A model generated the notes under the pieces. The model was given only the letters and a program-made list of their open reading frames with translations, searched no databases and was not told where the DNA came from. Position numbers and translations under genes: made by a program. From a virus: 64,000 nucleotides of DNA. Each line of letters opens with the position of its first letter. Position 1 is the stretch's first letter. The stretch lies in the IMG/VR virus record IMGVR_UViG_3300037264_003921, positions 1 through 64,000 of that record. One strand, 5' to 3'. This document shows positions 1 to 7,075 of this stretch, piece by piece.

Positions 1-46
1 TTGCTCGGTTATCGACCGAGTGTCCTAGCTTCTGGACGACCAGTGC
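1..46 (-). tRNA. tRNA-Ile(GAT), 3' part cut by window edge
   Basis: Revcomp GCACTGGTCGTCCAGAAGCTAGGACA CTCGG-TCGATAA-CCGAG; anticodon GAT, C at position 33. Confidence 0.7.
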
Positions 47-54
47 ATTAATGT

Positions 55-130
55 TGGAGCGGCTAACGGGATGCGCGCCCGTGCTTAAACCATGGCAAGG
101 TTTCGTGCTACTAAGCTACACCATAGCCGC
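55..130 (-). tRNA. tRNA-Gly(GCC)
   Basis: GCGGCTA/TAGCCGC acceptor, AAACC-TTGCCAT-GGTTT anticodon arm, U73, encoded CCA. Confidence 0.9.
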
Positions 131-131
131 A

Positions 132-217
132 TGGCGGAAGATTATCGGATCGAACGATCAGCCTTTCAGCTGGCCTGGGGTTCAAGCCCAGTTAGGAACC
201 ATTTCCTACAACCTTCC
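132..217 (-). tRNA. tRNA-Ser(TGA), 8/4 cloverleaf (allo-tRNA/Sec-like)
   Basis: 8-bp acceptor GGAAGGTT/AATCTTCC, 4-bp T stem ATCG/CGAT, long D stem with 4-nt loop, variable arm, G73-CCA. Confidence 0.8.
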
Positions 218-645
218 TAATGTTTCATTAAACTAGTTCTGATTTCCATCAAAATTTTACCAAGCCAATTCTCTCCAACACCTCTACATTGACCCCAGAA
301 ACGGTCTCCCCATGTATTTCCTTCAATCAGCTCAGCATCACTTGTCAACAATAATTTCTTTTCCAAATCTGGATATTTTGTAAATTTTTGTTTAACTAAT
401 TCACGCATCACATCAATCTTTATGACATCCCAGTCATCACGTAATGTCACACCGCGCCCCAATCTCTTTGCCTTGCCTGGAGTTGCAGCCATTTTTATGA
501 CTTCGTGTTCTAATGGATCTAGAGTTTTAGCTGCTTGATATGCGTGTTCCGTAGAAGGAAAGATTACACCACTGTATTCAATTTCAACTGGGTAAAAATT
601 AGAAAGAAAATCATATTGCCCACGGAACAAATCAATTACAGCCAC
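217..645 (-). CDS. NADAR (YbiA-like) family protein
   Basis: FLSNFY, STEHAYQAAK, LIEGNTWGDRFWG and GENWLGKILMEIR motifs. Confidence 0.9.
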   Translation of the reverse strand: MAVIDLFRGQYDFLSNFYPVEIEYSGVIFPSTEHAYQAAKTLDPLEHEVIKMAATPGKAKRLGRGVTLRDDWDVIKIDVMRELVKQKFTKYPDLEKKLLLTSDAELIEGNTWGDRFWGQCRGVGENWLGKILMEIRTSLMKH

Positions 646-980
646 ATTCCCCTCTTAAAATTGCCATTGTTCCTAATCTTAAATACAGCAACGGAGTCAG
701 GGATTGATGCTATAAATTCATCCATATCCTCAAATAAGACTTTTATGTTATTGTCAACACAAATTTTACCCTTATCAGACCAGTCGTTTGCATAATGAAT
801 TTTTTCAAATTTCGAAATTCCAAATTTATCCAAATCTGATATGGTCTCTTCATGCCAACTAGGATCCCTTCCTGTTATTATATGAATTTCAAAAATGTCA
901 GATCTTATTAATGTGGAAAAAAATTCAGGATAGTCAGTGATGGTGCCATCTATATCGACACCGACCTTCATTTTGTTCAT
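636..980 (-). CDS. HAD-superfamily phosphatase/nucleotidase-like protein
   Basis: N-terminal DIDGT motif, ITGR, FEDMD. Confidence 0.7.
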   Translation of the reverse strand: MNKMKVGVDIDGTITDYPEFFSTLIRSDIFEIHIITGRDPSWHEETISDLDKFGISKFEKIHYANDWSDKGKICVDNNIKVLFEDMDEFIASIPDSVAVFKIRNNGNFKRGMWL

Positions 981-1612
981 AGTCCTATTATATCAATATG
1001 TGAAAACGCAGAATCAAGTCTATTTTCAAGTTTTATTACACTAAGTTTATGTTTTTCAACATCACCACCACCAACATCAATGATCTTATAGATCCCGTTC
1101 GATTGCACTACATTATCGGAATGCAAATCAAAATATCCTACCCCCTCATCACGAATCCATTGCATCCCATCTAACAATTGCTTAAATGCATTGTTCTTTG
1201 TCTTATCATAGTGTGCTTTTAATTGACTGACAATTTCGTCTGTGTCATTTGGTAATGCATCTAAAGTTCTCTTGAGGTCAGGGTCTGTCAATGGTTTCCC
1301 GCCATATTCTTGTAATATTACAAATAAATCTAGATCACCTATTTTGTAAACTCTATAGTATGCTGCAACATTTGGATGTCTTTTACTAATTAGACTGGCA
1401 GCTGCATTTGCTTCATTATTATCAATAGTCAATTTAAAAACAAATCCGCCTGATAATAACCAAGCATAACCCATATCCCCATGACCAATAAAATTGTTGA
1501 GATCTACATTGAATTCTCTTTCAATAGTTGACGCTATTTTATCAATGCTAGCCAATTTGTCATTGTCCAGCAAACTAACAAGATCCTCAAGTGCTGATCG
1601 TAGTGAAGACAT
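977..1612 (-). CDS. Protein-kinase-like (APH/PK fold) protein
   Basis: IGHGDMG glycine loop, VFK, DLHSDNV catalytic loop, IIDVG. Confidence 0.65.
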   Translation of the reverse strand: MSSLRSALEDLVSLLDNDKLASIDKIASTIEREFNVDLNNFIGHGDMGYAWLLSGGFVFKLTIDNNEANAAASLISKRHPNVAAYYRVYKIGDLDLFVILQEYGGKPLTDPDLKRTLDALPNDTDEIVSQLKAHYDKTKNNAFKQLLDGMQWIRDEGVGYFDLHSDNVVQSNGIYKIIDVGGGDVEKHKLSVIKLENRLDSAFSHIDIIGL

Positions 1613-1625
1613 ATATTATTTTTAT

Positions 1626-1709
1626 CGGAAGGTGGAGGTGTTGATCCCCATACTCTTCAGTACCATCTTGTTTCGAGCAAGCGATGAACTCCCGTTCATT
1701 TCACCTTCC
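1626..1709 (-). tRNA. tRNA-Ser(CGA), 8/4 cloverleaf (allo-tRNA/Sec-like)
   Basis: 8-bp acceptor GGAAGGTG/CACCTTCC, D stem ATGAAC-GGGA-GTTCAT, CTTG-CTCGAAA-CAAG, variable arm, 4-bp T stem, G73. Confidence 0.75.
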
Positions 1710-1805
1710 ATAATCAAATCCAAATTTAACCATTAAAAATATCAAAACACAAGCTATAATTATAATGTTCACATACAACATATCATTATTTGGTCGTTCT
1801 GACAT
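1701..1805 (-). CDS. Possible 34-aa single-TM peptide
   Basis: ATG at 1805: MSERPNNDMLYVNIIIIACVLIFLMVKFGFDYGR; fills the gap between tRNAs. Confidence 0.35.
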   Translation of the reverse strand: MSERPNNDMLYVNIIIIACVLIFLMVKFGFDYGR

Positions 1806-1821
1806 AATATTTTTTAAATAC

Positions 1822-1895
1822 TGGAGCTAACGAGCGGAATCAAACCGCTGCTTCATCATTACCAATGATGGGGTCTGTCACTAACCTACGCTAGC
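1822..1895 (-). tRNA. tRNA-Thr(GGT)
   Basis: GCTAGCG/CGTTAGC acceptor, CATCA-TTGGTAA-TGATG, CCA. Confidence 0.9.
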
Positions 1896-1898
1896 GAT

Positions 1899-1976
1899 TG
1901 GGGTGGCTGGCGGGACTCGCACCCGTTAATAGCCTGGGTCACAGCCAGGCGGCTCGACTCTTTGCCTTCAACCACC
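1899..1976 (-). tRNA. tRNA-His(GTG)
   Basis: G-1:C73, CCTGG-CTGTGAC-CCAGG, CCA. Confidence 0.9.
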
Positions 1977-1982
1977 GTATTT

Positions 1983-2329
1983 TGGTGGAGCCGGAGGCGT
2001 GTTTCAGCCTCGTCCTATGATTCATCCTCAGTGACATCTACGCATATAGGCTGCGCTAATTCTTGAAATCGTCTCAGGAGCAGCCAGCTTCAACGATTTT
2101 ATAGCTTCGAATTATGTCGACATCTATCATTCGAAGCACTAAAAGATGTCCATCCGATGTTTTAACGTCTCATGTAATTATCGGAGTCATTACAATCGAC
2201 GTAGCGTTAAGCCGCTAAAGCAAGAGGTGTCTTGCCGTTTGTGTTTTCGATCTCGTATTAACGCGGCCTCGAGATCAACCGCGATGCGCAGTCATCCGAT
2301 TTAGATCCATAGTCGAATCTATCGGCCCC
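1983..2329 (-). ncRNA. ssrA: tmRNA; tag (A)GKTPLALAA
   Basis: 5' GGGGCCGATAGATTCGAC, 3' CGGCTCCACCA with G3:U70; internal frame GGC AAG ACA CCT CTT GCT TTA GCG GCT TAA. Confidence 0.92.
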
Positions 2330-2338
2330 AAATATTAG

Positions 2339-2430
2339 TGGTGAGCGTAGAGGGATTCGAACCCACAAACCCGAAGGTGGCAATTTTACAGATTGTTGAA
2401 CTCTTTGGCCCAGCCCTGTTCAGTACGCTC
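2339..2430 (-). tRNA. tRNA-Tyr(GTA) with enlarged D arm
   Basis: GAGCGTA/TACGCTC acceptor, CAAT-CTGTAAA-ATTG, variable arm with TTCG loop, GGTTCGAATCC, CCA. Confidence 0.85.
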
Positions 2431-2770
2431 AATCAATTTGATAGTGAACTATAACATAAAATTCTGAATTATACGGAAGTGGCCCACTAACAGATACGTC
2501 GATCACTTTAATATTGTTGTCATCGATCCACTTATTGATTTGCTTCTCAATTTCTTTGATCGTGCCAACAAACATTTTAATATGGCTTTTTGGTTCTGGT
2601 TTTGATTCTGGTAGATTCGGTGACGATATGATGACTGGTGTAGGCTCAATAACAATACACGACTTGTCATCATTCAATGCGGTGATCACAAACATAGTGA
2701 TCACAACAATAGATGAAGGTATAAAGAAACCAAGAAAGCCACCAAACAGAAGTTTAAACATACATTTCAT
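2429..2770 (-). CDS. Membrane-anchored hypothetical protein
   Basis: 113-aa ORF, N-terminal hydrophobic helix, Pro-rich linker. Confidence 0.65.
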   Translation of the reverse strand: MKCMFKLLFGGFLGFFIPSSIVVITMFVITALNDDKSCIVIEPTPVIISSPNLPESKPEPKSHIKMFVGTIKEIEKQINKWIDDNNIKVIDVSVSGPLPYNSEFYVIVHYQID

Positions 2771-2780
2771 ATAATATTTT

Positions 2781-3083
2781 TGAGCACCTGCTGACCTCGC
2801 TTTTTGCTACAAATCGGCGTACTGGGAGCTTTAGTCGCGACATTAGCATCTGTTTATGGCTCCTCTCATCTTTCGATGGTACGGCTAACCCCACAAAGTC
2901 CGATAACGATCGTTATCGTGCGACACCGGCTAAGATATGCTCTTCTCTTACAGTGGTCATAACGGACATTATGCCCTGCCACTATAATAAGTCCCTACTG
3001 CTAATGGGAACGTTACGAAGAACTTTACTTGTACCCTTTTGGGCCGTTCTCCCATGGGCTTTCAGCGACAGACCAGGCACTCA
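2781..3083 (-). ncRNA. Unidentified ~300-nt structured RNA
   Basis: Ends pair (TGAGTGCCTG/CAGGTGCTCA), several internal hairpins, GC-rich, no credible ORF. Confidence 0.55.
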
Positions 3084-3087
3084 AATT

Positions 3088-3159
3088 TGGACCCCATCGG
3101 TTATGCTCCGATTTCTCAGGCTTGCAAGGCCAGCATTCTACTGATTGAACTAGGAGCCC
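3088..3159 (-). tRNA. tRNA-Ala(TGC)
   Basis: GGGCTCC/GGGGTCC with G3:U70, loop CTTGCAA. Confidence 0.85.
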
Positions 3160-3166
3160 TTAATAT

Positions 3167-3520
3167 TTAATTTGGTCTTTTTATAATCTTCTTATACATC
3201 CGTTTAGCATCTTGATCAATTTCTTCATTATATGAAGAAAAGTCACATAGGTGTCCAAAAACCAAATGACAATTATGGCCACCTTCACCACACAATGAGA
3301 TTAGATTAAGCGGATCTAGTTCAAGTTCAGGAAATAGATGAAATGGTTTTTTATGATGAACTTGAACATCATTGGTAGATCTACATACTACACATGCAGC
3401 ACAATGTTTGAGATGTTCACTACGAACCGCCCACCATTTCGAGTTTCTCTTTAGTTTAGCTTTCTTAATCGGTACATCTTGTGGCTTTCCGAATATAAGG
3501 CTCTTTATTTTATTAATCAT
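3167..3520 (-). CDS. HNH endonuclease
   Basis: CVVC...VHHKKP...NLISLC...CH; start moved to ATG 3520 because the longer ORF overlaps tRNA-Ala. Confidence 0.8.
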   Translation of the reverse strand: MINKIKSLIFGKPQDVPIKKAKLKRNSKWWAVRSEHLKHCAACVVCRSTNDVQVHHKKPFHLFPELELDPLNLISLCGEGGHNCHLVFGHLCDFSSYNEEIDQDAKRMYKKIIKRPN

Positions 3521-3536
3521 ATTGTAGTTTTGGTGG

Positions 3537-3610
3537 TGGTGGAGCCACGCGGACTCGAACCGCGATTTTCTGAATGCCATTCAGATGTCCTTCCATTGGA
3601 CGATGACCCC
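3537..3610 (-). tRNA. tRNA-Ala(GGC)
   Basis: G3:U70, TCTGA-ATGGCAT-TCAGA, GGTTCGAGTCC, CCA. Confidence 0.92.
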
Positions 3611-3612
3611 AT

Positions 3613-3712
3613 GAGTAGATTGGTTCACAACCCACTGCATACCTACTCGAAGAGTTGAATTCAATGTCAACATTTCCAACTTCATCGTTGGTGTGTTAGT
3701 TACACTATCTTC
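3613..3712 (-). ncRNA. Degenerate tRNA-like cloverleaf plus 3' hairpin
   Basis: GAAGA/TCTTC closing stem, GTGT/ACAC, CCAAC/GTTGG and GTTGA/TCAAC arms, then GAGTAG/CTACTC hairpin. Confidence 0.4.
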
Positions 3713-3721
3713 ATTCAATGT

Positions 3722-3797
3722 TGGTCAGGGATGAAAGACTTGCACTTTCCGTCTCGTGAATCCGAGTCACGCGGCCCGCTATCTGACCTTATCCCTG
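3722..3797 (-). tRNA. tRNA-Pro(CGG)
   Basis: CAGGGAT/ATCCCTG, CGTGA-CTCGGAT-TCACG, CCA. Confidence 0.88.
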
Positions 3798-3809
3798 ATG
3801 GTCAATTAT

Positions 3810-3886
3810 TGGTCAGGATGACAGGATTTGAACCTGCACTCTTCCGGATCCAAACCGGACGCTTTACCAAGTTAAGCTACATCCTG
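3810..3886 (-). tRNA. tRNA-Pro(TGG)
   Basis: CAGGATG/CATCCTG, TCCGG-TTTGGAT-CCGGA, CCA. Confidence 0.93.
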
Positions 3887-3897
3887 ATACGGCAATT

Positions 3898-3973
3898 TGG
3901 TGGACGGTCCCGGTTACGCTCCGGGCTCTCTGCCTCTTCAGGGCAGCGCTTTCACTAGGTTAGCTAACCGTCC
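3898..3973 (-). tRNA. tRNA-Phe(GAA)
   Basis: GGACGGT/ACCGTCC, CTGCC-CTGAAGA-GGCAG, CCA. Confidence 0.9.
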
Positions 3974-3979
3974 AAATAA

Positions 3980-4054
3980 TGGTAGCAGGTCCGGGAACTG
4001 CCCCCGGCTTGATGTGGTTATGAACCACCCTAAGACACTTGCCTCCCACCTGCA
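3980..4054 (-). tRNA. tRNA-Met(CAT), initiator-like 1:72 mismatch
   Basis: GTGG-TTCATAA-CCAC; T1xT72 mismatch; CCA. Confidence 0.8.
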
Positions 4055-4067
4055 TCGTGTATTTCAC

Positions 4068-4589
4068 TCATTGTTTCTTTTTAAATTCTATTTTATGCTT
4101 TTTGTCAAATCCCCATACTTCCATCGAGCCACATGTCCACTTGCCAGTTGGTATTTTTTTGCCATATTCAGCGTCAAGATCTTCCATGTACGCCAATGTA
4201 ACATGTGGTTTAAATTCAGGCCACGTATTCTCCCACTCCACTTTATGTTCATTAACGGATTTGACCAATTTATTACGCAATGAATGCAATCCAGATGATT
4301 TCACCTTTACAAATGCTACTTTTACACCGTCTTGGTTTTTTGGAAAATATCCAAGGCCATTAAGTTCACACTCAAACGGCTCAATATTCTCAGCCACTTC
4401 GTATGCAGATATGATGATTTTATCCTCCATGTCATAATCTTGGCTTCCAAGATATAGTGTCGTGATATGTGCTGGACTATCATCTTCCTTCAAAGTTGGA
4501 AATTTGCTATTAAGATCAGTTGGTAATTTAATAAAAATACCAACATGTTTAAGCTTCTTTTTTGCCTCGAAGAGTGATGATAATCTCAT
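4068..4589 (-). CDS. 2H phosphoesterase (LigT/Acb1-like)
   Basis: Two HxT motifs: PAHITTLYLG and FKPHVTLAY. Confidence 0.85.
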   Translation of the reverse strand: MRLSSLFEAKKKLKHVGIFIKLPTDLNSKFPTLKEDDSPAHITTLYLGSQDYDMEDKIIISAYEVAENIEPFECELNGLGYFPKNQDGVKVAFVKVKSSGLHSLRNKLVKSVNEHKVEWENTWPEFKPHVTLAYMEDLDAEYGKKIPTGKWTCGSMEVWGFDKKHKIEFKKKQ

Positions 4590-4592
4590 ATG

Positions 4593-4904
4593 TTACCACT
4601 GATAATTTTTAGATTTAGAATACATTTTAATATCGTCAATTATTTTCGCGTCATTTAAATCATCTACATACCATGCTTTTTGATATTCAAATGGTGCACG
4701 ATTTTGTCTGTCTGCAAAAATCACACCATTAGCATCAGGTAACTTAGCATCATTTAAGATAAATGCATCATCACCATGAAAGCGACCACGATATTTGATA
4801 ATTTGCAATGGATAACCGTCAACTTCAATCCAATCACCAATTTTAACTGTTCGTCCATCTATTATAAATGAATCAACAGCCTCAAAAAGTGTCATTAATT
4901 TCAT
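4593..4904 (-). CDS. Hypothetical protein
   Basis: Start moved to ATG 4904 (MKLMTLFEA) because the upstream part overlaps tRNA-Gln. Confidence 0.65.
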   Translation of the reverse strand: MKLMTLFEAVDSFIIDGRTVKIGDWIEVDGYPLQIIKYRGRFHGDDAFILNDAKLPDANGVIFADRQNRAPFEYQKAWYVDDLNDAKIIDDIKMYSKSKNYQW

Positions 4905-4954
4905 GCTGTATTTTTGTAAAAATCTAGAATTGATAATTATTAGATATTGAATTA

Positions 4955-5028
4955 TGGCTGGGATGCCTGGTAACGCTCCAGGTCCTATTATTTCAGAGAT
5001 AAGCGTGCAGCTTTTACACCACATCCCA
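4955..5028 (-). tRNA. tRNA-Gln(CTG)
   Basis: U1-A72, G73, TTAT-CTCTGAA-ATAA, CCA. Confidence 0.88.
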
Positions 5029-5034
5029 AAATAT

Positions 5035-5108
5035 TGGCTGGGGTGAAAGGTACTGCCCCTTTGCTTACTGGTTCAAAGCCAGTCGCGCTACTTTTACACC
5101 ACACCCCA
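5035..5108 (-). tRNA. tRNA-Gln(TTG)
   Basis: U1-A72, ACTGG-CTTTGAA-CCAGT, CCA. Confidence 0.9.
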
Positions 5109-5109
5109 A

Positions 5110-5188
5110 TGGCAGCCTCGACGGGACTCGCACCCGCTAATATTCCTTCGTGACAGGAAGGTGGCTCGACTACTTTGCCCTCGAAGCT
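5110..5188 (-). tRNA. tRNA-Asp(GTC)
   Basis: CCTTC-CTGTCAC-GAAGG, G73-CCA. Confidence 0.9.
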
Positions 5189-5195
5189 ATAAGTT

Positions 5196-5274
5196 TACCA
5201 CTGAAAGGATTTGCACCTTCATGCTCTCGCGTCCGCTTTTAAGACGGATGTGTCTTCTATTTCACCACAGTGGC
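5196..5274 (-). tRNA. tRNA-Leu(TAA)
   Basis: GCCACTG/CAGTGGT, TCCGT-CTTAAAA-GCGGA, short variable arm, A73. Confidence 0.85.
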
Positions 5275-5283
5275 ATTTAATAT

Positions 5284-5364
5284 TGGTGGGCCGGGAAGGA
5301 CTTAAACCTCCGTCCTCCGTAAGTCTCTACGACCCACGGTGCTCTTTCTCTGAGCTACCGACCC
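5284..5364 (-). tRNA. tRNA-like RNA, Lys-type body with extended anticodon arm (anticodon undetermined)
   Basis: GGGTCGGTAGCTCAG...CCGGCCCACCA; anticodon arm CCGTGGGTC-GTAGA-GACTTACGG. Confidence 0.7.
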
Positions 5365-5365
5365 A

Positions 5366-5436
5366 TGGCAGACTGCCTCGATGCCGCCTCGAGCTGCAGG
5401 CGTTTGGAGTGCCCACCGATCACTGGATCGCAGTCT
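5366..5436 (-). tRNA. tRNA-Trp(CCA), reduced D arm
   Basis: AGACTGC/GCAGTCT, loop CTCCAAA, G73-CCA. Confidence 0.75.
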
Positions 5437-5443
5437 AAAAATT

Positions 5444-5623
5444 TTACTTGCTCGACTTCCAATAACGCTTCATTGCACGGCTAAGCTTCCGACGATGACT
5501 TGCCGATTCTGGTGAATCCCAATACTGTGTTAACGAACAAGACCGACTTTCATTAGCTTCATGCTTCTGTTCCCAGAAACGCTTCATCCCTCTACTACGT
5601 GCGCGATTCGCCGAATTAGTCAT
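5444..5623 (-). CDS. 59-aa basic protein with repeated SxxMKRxW motif
   Basis: GGAGG SD; MTNSANRARSRGMKRFWEQK...RRKLSRAMKRYWKSSK; below the ORF-track cutoff. Confidence 0.65.
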   Translation of the reverse strand: MTNSANRARSRGMKRFWEQKHEANESRSCSLTQYWDSPESASHRRKLSRAMKRYWKSSK

Positions 5624-5667
5624 ATTACCTCCAAATCACATCTTTAAATACACTTGGATATGATTTT

Positions 5668-5741
5668 TGGAGCGGATGGTCGGTAATGCTCCGACGTTTC
5701 TTGGTTGGAAGCCAAGAGTCTTACTATTAGACGACACCCGC
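5668..5741 (-). tRNA. tRNA-Gly(TCC)
   Basis: GCGGGTG/CATCCGC, CTTGG-CTTCCAA-CCAAG, U73-CCA. Confidence 0.9.
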
Positions 5742-5744
5742 AAT

Positions 5745-6118
5745 CCTGTCAGAGCCGGATAGGGCCGCGCTCGCCCTATCCGGCACGCAATGTTAATCCC
5801 GTGATGAATATTCCCTACCCATCACAGGCATTTGCCTTTTCTTTCATGTTCTGCCCTAATTGTCAAATCCCATATCTCGTGTACTCCCGCACACAAGACT
5901 CTTTAAACGCACGAGCCCCGCCTGCTCCTCATATCAGAGGCTCAAGCGGGGCTCGTTTACTTCTCTATTTGTGTGGTTTTCTTAAGCCCTCTGGCCTCCA
6001 ATATCGCAACCGCGATAAAACGGCGCGGTTGGTTGCTTAGGGTGATTAATCCCTAGCAATGTATCGACATGTGTCGACACAAGCCGCGTTTCGGACCAAA
6101 GACTTGATAACCTAATCA
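5745..6118 (-). ncRNA. Unidentified ~370-nt structured leader/ncRNA
   Basis: Multiple GC-rich hairpins including the 12-bp GCCGGATAGGGC/GCCCTATCCGGC; lies between the promoter and the first tRNA. Confidence 0.55.
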
Positions 6119-6125
6119 TATTGAC

Positions 6126-6154
6126 CTTATATACATTTGCACGAATTGCGTCAA
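6126..6154 (-). promoter_or_regulatory. Sigma70-type promoter driving the RNA cluster
   Basis: TTGACG-17 nt-TATAAG on the minus strand. Confidence 0.6.
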
Positions 6155-6161
6155 TTATTTA

Positions 6162-6479
6162 TTATAATTTATTAGATATAAAATGCAACAACACCATATA
6201 CCATTGAATAAAATGCCATAATGCCAATAATGCATATAGCCATACAAATAGCTTAACGATTAAAAACGCTTTGGATCCAATAAATGCCATTCGAGTCTTT
6301 TTATGTGACATTAAAGCGACTAAGAATAATAAAAGAGATATTTTTAATATTACAGCATTATGAAACCCAAGCGGATTTAATTCAATAAATAGCCCAGCAG
6401 TCACGCCAATTACGGTAGAAACAACATCAAAGACGTTTAATACAAAAAAAGCAACTAACCACCATCTATTATTTGCCAT
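6162..6479 (-). CDS. Multi-TM membrane protein (DUF5658-like)
   Basis: LNVFDVVST...ELNP motif, three hydrophobic segments; likely start MANNRWW after AAGGA. Confidence 0.6.
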   Translation of the reverse strand: MANNRWWLVAFFVLNVFDVVSTVIGVTAGLFIELNPLGFHNAVILKISLLLFLVALMSHKKTRMAFIGSKAFLIVKLFVWLYALLALWHFIQWYMVLLHFISNKL

Positions 6480-6536
6480 ATCCTTATTGTACACTCGAGA
6501 CAGCAAAAATAAATAAACTCGTTGATAGGAGATACA

Positions 6537-7031
6537 ATGGGCCTCACGACATACGTCAAGACAATAGTTCAAGATAATACCGATAAAGTTGTTGCTTCAC
6601 ACCACAACAACCAAGAAAACCAATTGGCAGTATTGACAGACAACGCGCTAGCCACTCAGGCGTTAATTGTGCAAAATGCCATGTTCGGCACTGTTGGAGC
6701 TGGAGCCGCCGCAGAAAAGGCTGTATTTGTTGCACCAACGGCGTGTCGGGTCTATGGGATGTCACTGGTAAATGGAGCCAGCGTAGCATCAAATGGCATC
6801 AATTATACTAAATTAGAATTAGTAAACAAAGGTGCAACTGGGTCCGGTACAACAGTACTGACAACATTTGATGGGTCGGCGGACAGTTTTACAACATTTG
6901 ATGCATCATCTGAAACATTCTCTGCAGATTTGTCGGCTGGTGACGTATTAACCCTAAAGAAAACAGATTTTGGTGCTGGAGCTGCCGTATCAGAACTATT
7001 ATGCTCTGTTTCATATAAACCAATCCCATAA
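6537..7031 (+). CDS. Probable virion structural/decoration protein
   Basis: AGGAG SD before ATG 6537; Ala/Gly/Thr-rich beta-type sequence. Confidence 0.55.
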   Translation: MGLTTYVKTIVQDNTDKVVASHHNNQENQLAVLTDNALATQALIVQNAMFGTVGAGAAAEKAVFVAPTACRVYGMSLVNGASVASNGINYTKLELVNKGATGSGTTVLTTFDGSADSFTTFDASSETFSADLSAGDVLTLKKTDFGAGAAVSELLCSVSYKPIP

Positions 7032-7075
7032 TACATGACAAGGCCAGCTAGCCATTCAACTTTCTTTTATCCGCA

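Noticed and set aside
132-217. tRNA-Sec (selC)
   Set aside because: Anticodon is UGA (Ser), not UCA, and the fold is 8/4 rather than 8/5.
2781-3083. RNase P or SRP RNA
   Set aside because: Conserved P4 and SRP loop sequences not found.
51-6040. Plus-strand ORFs such as 51..236, 3731..3958, 3897..4283, 5211..5438 and 5705..6040
   Set aside because: Antisense shadows of tRNA and ncRNA genes.
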